A stretch of 64,000 bases of DNA from an uncultured Candidatus Saccharibacteria bacterium (GCA_964479005.1 CAYZJA010000002.1:1-64000), one strand, 5' to 3'. Positions 36,661 through 47,164 are shown, counted from the first letter of the stretch. Numbers and translations are program-made. The notes: generated by a model not told the origin, from the sequence alone.

Positions 36661-37425
36661 CTACTTTTTTTTAGAATCATCACTTTCAGAAACTTTCTCT
36701 TTCTCTTTTCCTTCTTCTTCCTTTTCCTTGCCCTCCATAACTTTAGCGGAAGATGGTTTCTCTTCTCCGCCTTCTTCCTCTTCTCCTTCTTTCTTCTCGC
36801 CTTCTACCTCTACATCTTCCACAGTTTTAGCTTCTCCAAGTTCTTTTTCAAATTCTTCTTCTGTAATTGGAGCATTTACAGACACAACAGGCGTATTTTC
36901 ATCAATCAAAACCTTTACTTTCGAAGAGAAATTAATGTCTTTGATATAAAGCGTCTGATCAAAATCTGTGAGCGAGGAAATATCAACAATAATTTCGTGA
37001 GGAATATCCATTGGCAAAGCTTCCACTTCTATTTCGCTCGTTGGTTTAACCAGAACTCCACCAAGTTTCACAGCTGGTGATTCGCCAGTAAAATTAACAG
37101 GAATATGGGCTGTTATCAGCTTATCCATTTCCACTTCAAAAAAATCTACATGAAGGAATGAACCATCTAAAAAATGATTGCTAACATTTTGAACTAAAAC
37201 GCTTTTTGTCTGCTTTTTCTTCTCGTTCTCAATTATTAAATTAATTATATCTGTATCTCCAGCTTCTTTATAAACATCCTTAAAATCTTGAGTATTCACC
37301 TGCAGGGAACAAGCTGGAGTTTTTTTTCCATAAAGAACAGCCGGAATAAAACCTTGCTCCCGAAGGAGCTTATTCTGTTTACCAAAAACAGTCCTTTTTT
37401 TTACTTTTAAGGTTAAATTTGTCAT
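36661..37425 (-). CDS. rplY: Ribosomal protein L25/general stress protein Ctc with acidic/Lys-rich tail
   Basis: N-terminal L25 fold (GKQNKLLREQGFIPAVLYGK) plus Ctc beta domain. Confidence 0.85.
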   Translation of the reverse strand: MTNLTLKVKKRTVFGKQNKLLREQGFIPAVLYGKKTPACSLQVNTQDFKDVYKEAGDTDIINLIIENEKKKQTKSVLVQNVSNHFLDGSFLHVDFFEVEMDKLITAHIPVNFTGESPAVKLGGVLVKPTSEIEVEALPMDIPHEIIVDISSLTDFDQTLYIKDINFSSKVKVLIDENTPVVSVNAPITEEEFEKELGEAKTVEDVEVEGEKKEGEEEEGGEEKPSSAKVMEGKEKEEEGKEKEKVSESDDSKKK

Positions 37426-37482
37426 ATTGTCTACCTATTCTAACGAAAAATCCCTAAAAAAGCAAGAATAAATTATCTTTAA

Positions 37483-38127
37483 TTACTTGTCATTTAGGCT
37501 TTCTTTAAAATATGAAATTCTTTCTATGGGGTCTTCTGCTTCAAAAATAGCTGAACCAATTCCTACAAAATCCACACCTGATTTTTTAACTTCTTCTAAA
37601 TTTTCTTCATTTACCCCACCGTCTATCTCGCATAAAACTTTAGGATATTTTGTTTTAAATTCCTGAATTCTATCCAGTACAAACCATTCAAATTTCTGAC
37701 CAGAAGGGCCTGGGGTTACTCCTAACGCGACAACAATATCTATTTTCTTTAAATATTGATCAAGAGCAGTAAATGGAGTTCCTGGATTAATGGCTATGCC
37801 CAATTCTACTCCATTTTTACGGCAAAGCTCGTAGATATAAGAAAAATCTTTTATTGCCTCATAATGAATAATGACTCTCTTAGGAGAAGTTTCCAGCCAG
37901 TAAGGCAAAACCTGCTCAGGGTTAAAAACCATTAAGTGTAATTCAAATTTCCCTTTTATTTTTTTGATTTTTTTTAAAATTTCCGGACTATTCCATGTTT
38001 TCCAGGAAGTAAATTTACCATCAGCTATATCAATCTGAAAAATTCCATCAAAATCTTTTAATAATCTAATTTTTTCTTTAAGTTTTTGTATTGTTTTAGT
38101 ATTAATAACTGGAATGAGTTTAGGCAT
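37483..38127 (-). CDS. rpe: Ribulose-phosphate 3-epimerase-like TIM barrel
   Basis: C-terminal GGVNEENLEEVKKSGVDFVGIGSAIF resembles Rpe; adjacent to rpiB. Confidence 0.65.
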   Translation of the reverse strand: MPKLIPVINTKTIQKLKEKIRLLKDFDGIFQIDIADGKFTSWKTWNSPEILKKIKKIKGKFELHLMVFNPEQVLPYWLETSPKRVIIHYEAIKDFSYIYELCRKNGVELGIAINPGTPFTALDQYLKKIDIVVALGVTPGPSGQKFEWFVLDRIQEFKTKYPKVLCEIDGGVNEENLEEVKKSGVDFVGIGSAIFEAEDPIERISYFKESLNDK

Positions 38128-38164
38128 AATTATAGAACAATTAACAATTAATAAATATTAAATA

Positions 38165-38608
38165 TCAATTTAACAAATTAGCAATCTTCTTTAATCTTCT
38201 TTTGTGGCGTGTTTCATTTTTAAATTTTGACTTCAACCATTCTTTAATAATCTTTTCACTAGTTCCAGCATCAGTAATATCGGCTGCTAAGCATAAAATA
38301 TTAATATCATCTTCTTCTACGGCTCTTTTTGCCATATAGCCAGAAAGACAAAGACCTGCTCTTATTTCTTTAAATTTATTAGCCACAATACTCATTCCAA
38401 TACCTGTTCCGCAAATAAGAATGCCTTTATCTTTTTTTAAATCAGAGGATATTTTCTCTACAACTTTTTTTGCAAAATCAGGATAATCATCTTCTTCGTC
38501 ATATTCCAAATTGCCCAAATCCTGAAATTTGATTTTTTCCTGTTCTAAAAATTTCTTAAGCTCTTTTTTTAAATTATATCCACGGTGATCAGCTCCTAAA
38601 TAAATCAT
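38165..38608 (-). CDS. rpiB: Ribose-5-phosphate isomerase B
   Basis: GADHRG and CGTGIGMSIVANK motifs. Confidence 0.9.
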   Translation of the reverse strand: MIYLGADHRGYNLKKELKKFLEQEKIKFQDLGNLEYDEEDDYPDFAKKVVEKISSDLKKDKGILICGTGIGMSIVANKFKEIRAGLCLSGYMAKRAVEEDDINILCLAADITDAGTSEKIIKEWLKSKFKNETRHKRRLKKIANLLN

Positions 38609-39606
38609 GGTAATTTTTTAATCTGTTGGAGCAATGTCCATGAATAAGCCCATTCATTGTCATACCAAACTAAAATTTTTACTAAATCTTTATCTACCAC
38701 TTTGGTAAAACTTAAATCAACTATCGCAGGAGCAATGGTTTTAATAATATCAGAAGAAACTAATTGTTCATTTGTTGCCTCTACAATACCTTCCCAGTTT
38801 TTTTCTTCTGACGCTTTTTTAAAGATTTTATTAATTTCTTCTGCAGAAGTATCTTTCTCGGAAACAAAAGTAATATCAGCAATAGAACCGCAAACAACCG
38901 GCACTCTCAAGGCTATGCCGTCAAATTTCCCGCCTAAATCTTTCATAACTTTGCCAACGCATTTAGCTGCTCCAGTAGTAGAAGGAACAATGTTTTGACT
39001 AGCTGCTCTTCCTCTCCTCCAGTCTTTTGAATTAGGGCCATCAACTAAGCGTTGAGTAGAAGTATAAGCGTGAATTGTATTAAGAACTGCTTTTTTAATT
39101 CCAATTTTTTCTTGCAAAATTTTCATAATCGGCGCTACAGCATTAGTTGTGCAAGAACCATTAGAAATAATATCGAATTTTGCCAAATCTTCATCATTTA
39201 TTCCTATCAAAACTGTCTTCCCCAGCTTATCTTCCTCTCCTTTTGCAGGAGCAGTAATAATAACTTTTTTTGCGCCAGCTTCTATATGCGCTTTAGCTTT
39301 AACATAGTCACTAAATGCTCCAGTAGCTTCTATAACTAGATCAACTTCTAAATCCCCCCATGGAAGATTTTTTGGGTCTTTTTCCTGAAAAAATGGAATT
39401 TCCTTACCATCAATAACAAGCAACTTTCCTTGCTTTTCAATTTTTTTATCAAATTTTCCGTAGACTGTATCATTTTTCAAAAGATAGGCTAAATTCTCCA
39501 AGTCAGCCAAATCATTAATCGCGACTGTTTGAATTTTAGGTTCTTCAAAAGCCAATCGAAAAAATGCCCTGCCTATCCTTCCAAAACCATTTATACTAAT
39601 ACGCAT
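38605..39606 (-). CDS. gap: Glyceraldehyde-3-phosphate dehydrogenase
   Basis: INGFGRIGR NAD-binding motif and SCTTN catalytic motif. Confidence 0.95.
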   Translation of the reverse strand: MRISINGFGRIGRAFFRLAFEEPKIQTVAINDLADLENLAYLLKNDTVYGKFDKKIEKQGKLLVIDGKEIPFFQEKDPKNLPWGDLEVDLVIEATGAFSDYVKAKAHIEAGAKKVIITAPAKGEEDKLGKTVLIGINDEDLAKFDIISNGSCTTNAVAPIMKILQEKIGIKKAVLNTIHAYTSTQRLVDGPNSKDWRRGRAASQNIVPSTTGAAKCVGKVMKDLGGKFDGIALRVPVVCGSIADITFVSEKDTSAEEINKIFKKASEEKNWEGIVEATNEQLVSSDIIKTIAPAIVDLSFTKVVDKDLVKILVWYDNEWAYSWTLLQQIKKLP

Positions 39607-39633
39607 GTTTTTAAAAATTAAATTACTTAATTA

Positions 39634-40317
39634 CTAATTACTTAGTAATTCTTTAATTGCCTTTCCAAATTCCTCAGCTGCATCTGGGCCATTGGCAGTA
39701 ATAATCTTATTATCAATTACCACTGGGCTATCTTCATATATTGCCCCATTTTCTTCTAAATCTTTTACCAAACTTTTATCCAATGCAGATGACCAAACAG
39801 TCGCTTTTTTATCTTCCAGAATTCCAGCTTTAGCTAAAAAAACTGGCGCAACACAAATTGCGGCCACTATTTTATTATTCTCGTAAAAATCTTTGGCTAA
39901 TTTATGAAACTTCTGATTATCTAATTCATTAGCCATGCCAGATCCCCCACAAAAAACAACTGCTTTATAATTTTCCAAATTAATTTCATCCAACTCAACA
40001 TGAATAACTACTTGGCCTCCTTGAGATCCTACAGCTATTCCTTTTTCAGTGCCAGTTGTATCAATGAAAAAACCAGCTTTTTCTAAAATTTCCTTGGGAA
40101 TAAAATATTCCTCATCTTGAAAATCTTTAAGAGCGACTACCATTAAAATCTTTTTTTCCATAGTAATATTAGTTAATTCATCATGAACATTAGGTTGAGT
40201 TGTTGAAGTTGTAGATGGCACTTTCTGAGGAGCAAAAAGCGTTAAAGGAACGCCCCAGAGAACTAATCCAAGGCCAACTATAATTAAAACTGCCGAATAA
40301 ATAAATCTATTTTTCAT
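39634..40317 (-). CDS. DJ-1/PfpI family protein, membrane-anchored or secreted
   Basis: N-terminal TM; AICVAP nucleophile-elbow motif. Confidence 0.8.
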   Translation of the reverse strand: MKNRFIYSAVLIIVGLGLVLWGVPLTLFAPQKVPSTTSTTQPNVHDELTNITMEKKILMVVALKDFQDEEYFIPKEILEKAGFFIDTTGTEKGIAVGSQGGQVVIHVELDEINLENYKAVVFCGGSGMANELDNQKFHKLAKDFYENNKIVAAICVAPVFLAKAGILEDKKATVWSSALDKSLVKDLEENGAIYEDSPVVIDNKIITANGPDAAEEFGKAIKELLSN

Positions 40318-40365
40318 ACTTCTTAAGCTATTTAATTATACCACAATTAATCTCAGTCATTCAAA

Positions 40366-40397
40366 GAAAAACAGCGCATGTATTAGGCGCTGTTTTT
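40366..40397. terminator. Bidirectional terminator overlapping the glutaredoxin stop codon
   Basis: AAAAACAGCGC ... GCGCTGTTTTT. Confidence 0.55.
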
Positions 40398-40646
40398 CTT
40401 CTCTTCTTCAGTCTTATGAAAGCCCAAGATTTCCTCTAAGACCGGCTTATTAAAACCAATAACAATTTTATCATCAATTTCTATAACTGGTACTCCCATT
40501 TGTCCGCTTTTTTCCATTATTTCCTGAGCAACTTTTTCATCAATGCTTACATCAATATCTTGAAAATCTATATTATGTGATTTAAAAAAATCTTTAGCAA
40601 CATTACACCATGGGCATGCTGGGGTAGAATAAACTTTTATATTCAT
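40383..40646 (-). CDS. Glutaredoxin/NrdH-like redoxin
   Basis: CPWC active site, 87 aa, thioredoxin fold. Confidence 0.8.
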   Translation of the reverse strand: MNIKVYSTPACPWCNVAKDFFKSHNIDFQDIDVSIDEKVAQEIMEKSGQMGVPVIEIDDKIVIGFNKPVLEEILGFHKTEEEKKNSA

Positions 40647-40663
40647 AAATATCTATCTCTAAA

Positions 40664-41644
40664 TTAATTACAACTTGCATTCGCTCCAGCATTACTTTCT
40701 GTAGAACTATACGTAGGAGAAAAACTTGGGTTTGCCGATTCTGTGCTTAATGCTTCATCACAAAAATCTGGTTTATCCTGAAAAGCGCAGCAAACCACAG
40801 TTTTTACTGCTTCTGCTGTTCTTCCACCAAAATCAAATTCACTAATTTTATTTCCATCTAAAATCAAAGTCGGGGAACCTGTCACTCCATATATATTCTG
40901 ATTAGCAAAATCTTTTTCTGCATAAGCTAAGCCGCGATTTCCATCTGCTAAACAACCAGTTAATTTACTAACGTCAATTTGCGCTGCTTGTAAACAAAAA
41001 TCAACATCTCCTTCTTTAATATGGCAATCAATATATGCCCAAAAATTGTCTGATTGTTCTTCTCTCAAACAAATCTGACGTAAATTTTCTTGCGCCTCTT
41101 CATCACCATGCATTGCAGTAATTTTACCTCCCTCAATTGCGCCCATATACTCAACTTTAATATAAGGAGCTATTTGAGGCATATTTTTAACAATCTCATT
41201 TAAAATTCTTTGCATTTGCACGCCAAATGGACATTTACTAACAACAAATGCCTCTAAAACAGGTTCCTTTGTTTTATTAATATCCTCGCAAGTCATCTTC
41301 TCTCCTTCTGCAACTGCAGTATCTTCTTCTGGCTCCAATAAGCTAATTCCACTAGGAAAAAGAATTTTTCCATCTTTAGTCAAATACGAATCAAATTCCT
41401 CTTCATCAATTTTCATTTTAAATTTATAAACTCCACTTTCCTCAGACACAGAAACCAAAACAGCCTCAGCACCATCCAGCATATTTTCACTAACAAAATC
41501 AACAGCTTCTTGAACAGTTTCCTCCGCTTTTTGACTGCCAAAACCTCCAAACAATGCACCATCACTATTCATTTTGCCATACCCAATTAAAAATGCGGCA
41601 ATCATTAAGGTAATTAAAATCCAAGATAAATTTATTTTATTCAT
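40664..41644 (-). CDS. Secreted DsbA-like thioredoxin-fold protein with CPFG (single-Cys) active-site variant
   Basis: Signal/TM; VVSKCPFGVQ where CxxC is expected; cis-Pro loop GVTGSPTLILDGN. Confidence 0.5.
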   Translation of the reverse strand: MNKINLSWILITLMIAAFLIGYGKMNSDGALFGGFGSQKAEETVQEAVDFVSENMLDGAEAVLVSVSEESGVYKFKMKIDEEEFDSYLTKDGKILFPSGISLLEPEEDTAVAEGEKMTCEDINKTKEPVLEAFVVSKCPFGVQMQRILNEIVKNMPQIAPYIKVEYMGAIEGGKITAMHGDEEAQENLRQICLREEQSDNFWAYIDCHIKEGDVDFCLQAAQIDVSKLTGCLADGNRGLAYAEKDFANQNIYGVTGSPTLILDGNKISEFDFGGRTAEAVKTVVCCAFQDKPDFCDEALSTESANPSFSPTYSSTESNAGANASCN

Positions 41645-41726
41645 ATTAAGTTTTAGTTTTTTATTCTTTATTTTTTCGACTTTAAATTCACCTAAATATA
41701 GGTTCTAAAATTCTAACAAATTTTTT

Positions 41727-42986
41727 TTATTTCCACAAGACAAAATAATAACTCTTCTTTCCTTTTTTTGCAACCAAATATTTATCAAAAAAACAATCAG
41801 GTTTTTTCATCATTCGTTGAATATCATCATAAAGGTTGCCATTAATAAATATTATTTTATTTTGAACATCCTCCCTTGCCTGCCTTTTAGATGAACAAAT
41901 TTTTGTTTCAACCAATAAATCCACTAAACTCATTCTGTTTATATCCCGTAAAATAGTCAAAGGGGCGCCTTCAAAAATCATTTGTAATTCTTCTTCAGAA
42001 AAATCTTTTATATCATCGTAAAATAATTTCTGGGATATTTTTTCTGCTATTGCCGCTACCTCATTACCATGAACTAAAGAAGTAACATTATTAGCCAAAG
42101 CTTTTTGGGCTCCTCTCTTTTCTGGATTTTTTTGAACCTCTTTTTCCAAATTCTCAATTTCTTGCTTAGATAAAAAAGTAAAAAATTTTAGATATTGAAT
42201 TACATCCCTGTCATCAGTATTTATCCAAAATTGATAAAACTGGTACGGAGTTGTTTTTTTAGCATCAAGCCAAATTGTTCCAGTTTCTGTCTTGCCAAAC
42301 TTCGCGCCATCAGCCTTTGTTGCTAAAGGAACAGTTAATCCAAATACTTCTTTTTCCAATTTTTTCTTAATTAAATCTATCCCGGCAGTTATATTACCCC
42401 ATTGATCACTTCCTCCAATTTGTAATTTACAATCATATTTTTCAAACAAATTTAAAAAATCATATGCCTGAAGCACCATATAATTAAATTCTGTAAAAGA
42501 AATCCCGCTTTCCAAACGCGCTTTTACCGATTCTTTTGCCAGCATATAAGAAACAGTAAAATATTTGCCAATGTCCCTAAGAAAATCTATTGCTTTAATT
42601 TGACCCAACCAATCATAATTATTAACAATCAAAGCAGAATTATCTTTGTTTTTAAAATCTAAAAATTGTTCTAATTGGGTTCTAAGCGCATTACTCCATT
42701 TTTCCACTATCTTCTGAGGATTAAGCGCTCTTTCGTCTTTTTTGTAACTAGGATCGCCAATTAAACCTGTTCCTCCCCCTACTAAAGCAATAGGCTGGTG
42801 TCCAGTCTCCTGAAAACGCTTTAATGTTAATATGGGCAAAAGATGTCCAATATGCAGACTATCAGCAGTAGGATCAAAACCACAATAAAGAGATATTTTC
42901 CCTTTGTTCATTTCTTTTCTCAATCCTTCTAACCCACTTGCCTGATTTATTAATCCTCTAAATTTTAAATCATCTAAAATATCCAT
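41727..42986 (-). CDS. tyrS: Tyrosyl-tRNA synthetase
   Basis: HIGH variant (SLHIGHLLP), KFGKT variant of KMSKS, C-terminal S4 domain. Confidence 0.95.
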   Translation of the reverse strand: MDILDDLKFRGLINQASGLEGLRKEMNKGKISLYCGFDPTADSLHIGHLLPILTLKRFQETGHQPIALVGGGTGLIGDPSYKKDERALNPQKIVEKWSNALRTQLEQFLDFKNKDNSALIVNNYDWLGQIKAIDFLRDIGKYFTVSYMLAKESVKARLESGISFTEFNYMVLQAYDFLNLFEKYDCKLQIGGSDQWGNITAGIDLIKKKLEKEVFGLTVPLATKADGAKFGKTETGTIWLDAKKTTPYQFYQFWINTDDRDVIQYLKFFTFLSKQEIENLEKEVQKNPEKRGAQKALANNVTSLVHGNEVAAIAEKISQKLFYDDIKDFSEEELQMIFEGAPLTILRDINRMSLVDLLVETKICSSKRQAREDVQNKIIFINGNLYDDIQRMMKKPDCFFDKYLVAKKGKKSYYFVLWK

Positions 42987-43116
42987 AAAAAAAATTGGTA
43001 TAGCTTTATAATACTATACCAAAATATAAAATTCAAATACAAAAACTTCTAAAATATCTACAAAAATTTATATGTTATAATAATAGAAATCCAAAAAGCT
43101 TAATCTCCAAGCAAAT

Positions 43117-43596
43117 ATGAAAAAGATTCTATTAAATACGGCATTAATTACTCTTCTCTTAATATTTTTGGCTCCTTCCTCTATTTTGGCTACTACTGTC
43201 AATGAATTCTTCACTAAAACAGGAGCAATAACTGAAATTCCTCCATCTTCAGGAAGTATTATTGACAAAGAAGGAAATGAGGTGCCAGCAGGGCGCTTTG
43301 TTCTTCAAGAATACGTACCTTGGTATCAAAGAATATTTGAAGAATTGTTGCAAATTCTAAGAATTTCAGAAAAACCAAAACACACATTCTCTATTTGGGC
43401 AGACGATGATTCTACTGATTTTCTAATTCAAGAAGCGGATAATAATTATAAAAAAGCTAGTTTTTCTGACTTAAAAATGAACGATAAAATAATTACTGAA
43501 GTAAGATATTGGACTACATATGGCACTGCTCCGCCACCTAAACATACAAATATACAGCATCACTACTCTGCTGAAAAAATAATAATAATAAAATAA
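43117..43596 (+). CDS. Secreted hypothetical protein
   Basis: Signal peptide MKKILLNTALITLLLIFLAPSSILA; no recognised domain. Confidence 0.5.
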   Translation: MKKILLNTALITLLLIFLAPSSILATTVNEFFTKTGAITEIPPSSGSIIDKEGNEVPAGRFVLQEYVPWYQRIFEELLQILRISEKPKHTFSIWADDDSTDFLIQEADNNYKKASFSDLKMNDKIITEVRYWTTYGTAPPPKHTNIQHHYSAEKIIIIK

Positions 43597-43651
43597 CTTA
43601 TTTTCCCAAAGATATTTTTAATTCCCGATTAAAAACTTGAATAATCTTTAA

Positions 43652-46600
43652 TTATGGAATAGTAGTTGTGGTTACCTCTGGAACAATTGGCGGAATATTT
43701 ATAAAAATTATTTTAGGAATTTCTGATTTTAACCCTTCACTGTCTTGAGCTTTGATACCAAAAAACACATCAAGGGAAACACCAGGTAATCTTTTCTTTT
43801 CTATATAACGTAAATCATCGATAGATACTTGAAGTCGAAGTTTATTTTCTTGAGCATTCAAAGTTGGTTCCCCTAAAACATTTTGAGATTGAGAGTATCT
43901 CCATGATTGTCGTGTTAAATCGTTGTTCTCTGAACCATCTCCTTGTTTGGCAAAAACATAATGAATATCATATTTTAAAATATCTTTTGGATCTTCATCC
44001 GAAGCTGGCGTCCAAGAAAAAATTAAATTATTACAATCTTCATTATCGCATTCCACTTCAAAATTTTTGACATTAGTTGGTTGATGATAATAATTTGAGG
44101 AATAAAAATAAAATTTAGTATCATCATAAGCAATTAATTTCAAATAAGACCGAATATTTTTAGCATATCCATAATAACCAATTGTTATATATTGATCAGG
44201 AGTAAAATTTAAACCTTGACCATGAGTAGTCCCTATAACATCAACAACAAAATGATTATCGCTAGATAATTTGTCTATTCTATAGGATAGTTTTCTCGGA
44301 ACAGCAGAGCCAGCTGCCATTTTTTCATCAGCAGTGAAAATTATACTTCCTACTTTTTGAGTATCACCAACATAATTAGGATAAGATAATAATAATCCAG
44401 GAGTATTGCTATATAATTCCCAGTCATTTTTACCACCTAAATAACCTGTTGGAATGCCAAAATTTGCTGAAGGATCATCAAAATCTGAGTGGAGATAGAA
44501 CACCATCGCCGTAAAAATATTGCTCGTATGATTTGTTGAAGGAATAAAAGGATAAGAATTAATTCTAAAATCAATTACTATTTTGGGAGAATCTTTCTCA
44601 AAAGGATGCCAAGAAAATTCAGTAATATAAGGTATTGTCGGCGCTGCAGGAGTAGTGGTTGTTGGGATGAAACAATCATTAGAAGAAAAACTTTTGGGAC
44701 TGGGACAATTTTGAATTTCAAAATCATCGGCATTATTATCAGAGTCCAAAAAATTACCATCTATATACTTTCTTTGAATGCTTTGACTTGGTTCAGGATT
44801 TATCGCGCAATTAACCTCACAATCATTTGCTTCTCCATAACCAATTTTATCTACTATTTCTCTATTGGGATTCTTTAGAATAATAGTATTATTATTAGTA
44901 AGACTATAATTAGAGACTAAAACATCGGCTATCTCTGTATAAGTACTTGAAGAATGAGTAATCAATAAATATCCAAAGGAACTAATAACTTTTTCTGCTA
45001 ACAAATGAGCTGGTACTAAAGAAGAAAATTCTTGACTATTTTGGGTTTTCTTTTGAATATACCAATCAGTTAAATCTACATCATTATCATTGGGATTATA
45101 AAGTTCTATAAATTCATCTTTTGTAAGAGTTTTTGCCTCAGAGTCCAACCCAGCAATTTTTATCTCATTAATTAGAATTTTAGGAAAAACAATGGGGGGT
45201 AATGTTGTTGTTGTAGTAGTAGTAGTTGTTGTTGTAGTAGTAGTTTGCGAAGATGGAGTTGAACCCCCTCCGCCGCCTGAAGAAATAATCACAGGTTGAC
45301 TATTCTCCCTTTTGGGTGTGCCCAAAATACCATTTTGTTCTACACCACCATAGGTATGCCATGATAAATTATTGCCTCTTTCCATTGTCCGTTTTTGAGA
45401 ATTATTTCCTGCTGACCAATCCAAATCAGCTAAAACTTCATCTTGAAGCTGACAATTACTATCAAATAAACGAAGTCCTTCATCAGCATTATTAAGGACC
45501 CCTGCATAAATATGATCTGCAATCACAAAAGGAATAGAACTATCATCTGTTCTTTCCAAAAGATAAAAACCATGAGCAGCTATTTTACTGCCTTGCTCAA
45601 AAACAATTTTAATTTGTTCTTTTTTATCTATTAGCTGCCAATTAGAAATATCTATTTCATGTGAAGAAATATTTTTTAATTCTATCCACTCGTCATTGGC
45701 ACTATTTTGGGTTCCCATCCAAGCTAGTTCACTAATAATTATTTTATTTCTTAATGTGGCTTGGGTAGTATTAAAAGAACAAAAATTGGGGCTAAGAGTA
45801 GTTGTTGTGGTTAGTTTAGTTGTTGTAGTAGTTGGTTTGGTAGTGGTGACAGTGAGTTTGGTAGTTGTTGTAAATAACTTAGTAGTAGTCGTGGTTTGTT
45901 TAGTAATGGTTGGTGATTTGGTAGTAGAAGGTTGATATTTTATTGTGGTGGTTGTGGTAATTTGGGAAAGAGTAGTCGGAGAAAAAGATAAGCTGGTGTC
46001 TGAAGCATCTGGGGGACTATGTGGAATTTCTGTTTCTTCAATCAAAACATATTCGGGATTTCTTTGAAAAATATCATTAATAAAATCAGAAAGACCACTT
46101 ATCATAGCTGTCAACACATTTTTTTCATTCTTTGATATAAAATCAGGCTTAGATTTTGCCCTTGCAACTTCTTGAAAAAATAAATCAATAACTCCAGCAC
46201 CAGTTAAAACTACCCTTTTAGAAAGCCTTTCCCAGTACTCCTGAAGAACTTGATCATCTTCTAATGAAAAAATCGTGGGGCCGGAAGTTAATCGCCATCC
46301 TATATTATTTTTTAAAATAAGCGCTAAATGAAAAATATTATGGTTTTCGTCTTCTCCTAGTACATAGAAAATTAATTTTCCATTTATTAACTCAGGTACT
46401 TCAGAAAAAACAGGCTGCGGCAATTTATATTTTGAACCCGAAATCGTATCGGGACTATAAAAGTAATTATTAGAATAAAGAGCAATTTCATCAAAATATT
46501 CGTCAAGGTTAACCCTTCTAACAGGTTTCAGATTTTCGATACTCTTTCGTGTTTGTTCGTAAAAATCTTTATTATTTTTAGCTGTATAGGATTCATAAGG

Positions 46601-47164
46601 ACTGCCTGTATTTGGTATAAAAAATATATGGACATTCTGTCTTGTATGCTCTGGCACACTCATATCCTGAATCAAATGTAAAATATGGCCGAGGGCCTTA
46701 AAGGCTTCAACTCGATTTCCTTTTACATACTTATAAATAGCCTGTTGCCAAGTAAAATTAGTCTTGGAAAAAACTGGACTTTTAGCTATTGGACCAATAA
46801 GAACTGAATAAATAGGATCGTAGACAGCTTGAGCAAAAGGGTTCTGCCCCCACTCTTTAGCAGTTAAAACCGGAAAAAGATGTTCTACTCCCCCAAACTG
46901 CCAAGTTTTATTAAAAACTGGATCATAAAAATGATTTACGCTTCTAACACCATCATCCTCATCAATGCTGCCTTGCATTAAAAGTTGTTTTTCTGTTTCA
47001 TTCAAGGCATGATTTAAAAAGTGTTGATTATAAAAGTCAACAGTAATTTCTGTTAAATTTGGATGTGTAGTTTTAGCATCGTAAGCAAGAACAGAAAAAT
47101 TAGGTAAAAAGAATAAACATACAAATAAACATACAAATAAAAAACTGGTGGGGCTTTTTCTCAT
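43652..47164 (-). CDS. Large secreted protein: zinc-dependent phospholipase C / P1-nuclease superfamily domain, Thr-rich linkers, two lamin-tail domains (LTD)
   Basis: Signal peptide. N-terminal domain with ..THPNL.., SVNHFYDP and LGHILHLIQDMSVPEH, which parallel the HFYDPD and LGLSLHYLGDVNQPMH motifs of zinc phospholipase C. TTTTTK and T14 runs. LTD-like blocks ISELAWMGT..DEWIELKN...ISNWQL and INEIKIAG...DEFIELYNPNDNDVDLTDWYI. Confidence 0.7.
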   Translation of the reverse strand: MRKSPTSFLFVCLFVCLFFLPNFSVLAYDAKTTHPNLTEITVDFYNQHFLNHALNETEKQLLMQGSIDEDDGVRSVNHFYDPVFNKTWQFGGVEHLFPVLTAKEWGQNPFAQAVYDPIYSVLIGPIAKSPVFSKTNFTWQQAIYKYVKGNRVEAFKALGHILHLIQDMSVPEHTRQNVHIFFIPNTGSPYESYTAKNNKDFYEQTRKSIENLKPVRRVNLDEYFDEIALYSNNYFYSPDTISGSKYKLPQPVFSEVPELINGKLIFYVLGEDENHNIFHLALILKNNIGWRLTSGPTIFSLEDDQVLQEYWERLSKRVVLTGAGVIDLFFQEVARAKSKPDFISKNEKNVLTAMISGLSDFINDIFQRNPEYVLIEETEIPHSPPDASDTSLSFSPTTLSQITTTTTIKYQPSTTKSPTITKQTTTTTKLFTTTTKLTVTTTKPTTTTTKLTTTTTLSPNFCSFNTTQATLRNKIIISELAWMGTQNSANDEWIELKNISSHEIDISNWQLIDKKEQIKIVFEQGSKIAAHGFYLLERTDDSSIPFVIADHIYAGVLNNADEGLRLFDSNCQLQDEVLADLDWSAGNNSQKRTMERGNNLSWHTYGGVEQNGILGTPKRENSQPVIISSGGGGGSTPSSQTTTTTTTTTTTTTTLPPIVFPKILINEIKIAGLDSEAKTLTKDEFIELYNPNDNDVDLTDWYIQKKTQNSQEFSSLVPAHLLAEKVISSFGYLLITHSSSTYTEIADVLVSNYSLTNNNTIILKNPNREIVDKIGYGEANDCEVNCAINPEPSQSIQRKYIDGNFLDSDNNADDFEIQNCPSPKSFSSNDCFIPTTTTPAAPTIPYITEFSWHPFEKDSPKIVIDFRINSYPFIPSTNHTSNIFTAMVFYLHSDFDDPSANFGIPTGYLGGKNDWELYSNTPGLLLSYPNYVGDTQKVGSIIFTADEKMAAGSAVPRKLSYRIDKLSSDNHFVVDVIGTTHGQGLNFTPDQYITIGYYGYAKNIRSYLKLIAYDDTKFYFYSSNYYHQPTNVKNFEVECDNEDCNNLIFSWTPASDEDPKDILKYDIHYVFAKQGDGSENNDLTRQSWRYSQSQNVLGEPTLNAQENKLRLQVSIDDLRYIEKKRLPGVSLDVFFGIKAQDSEGLKSEIPKIIFINIPPIVPEVTTTTIP

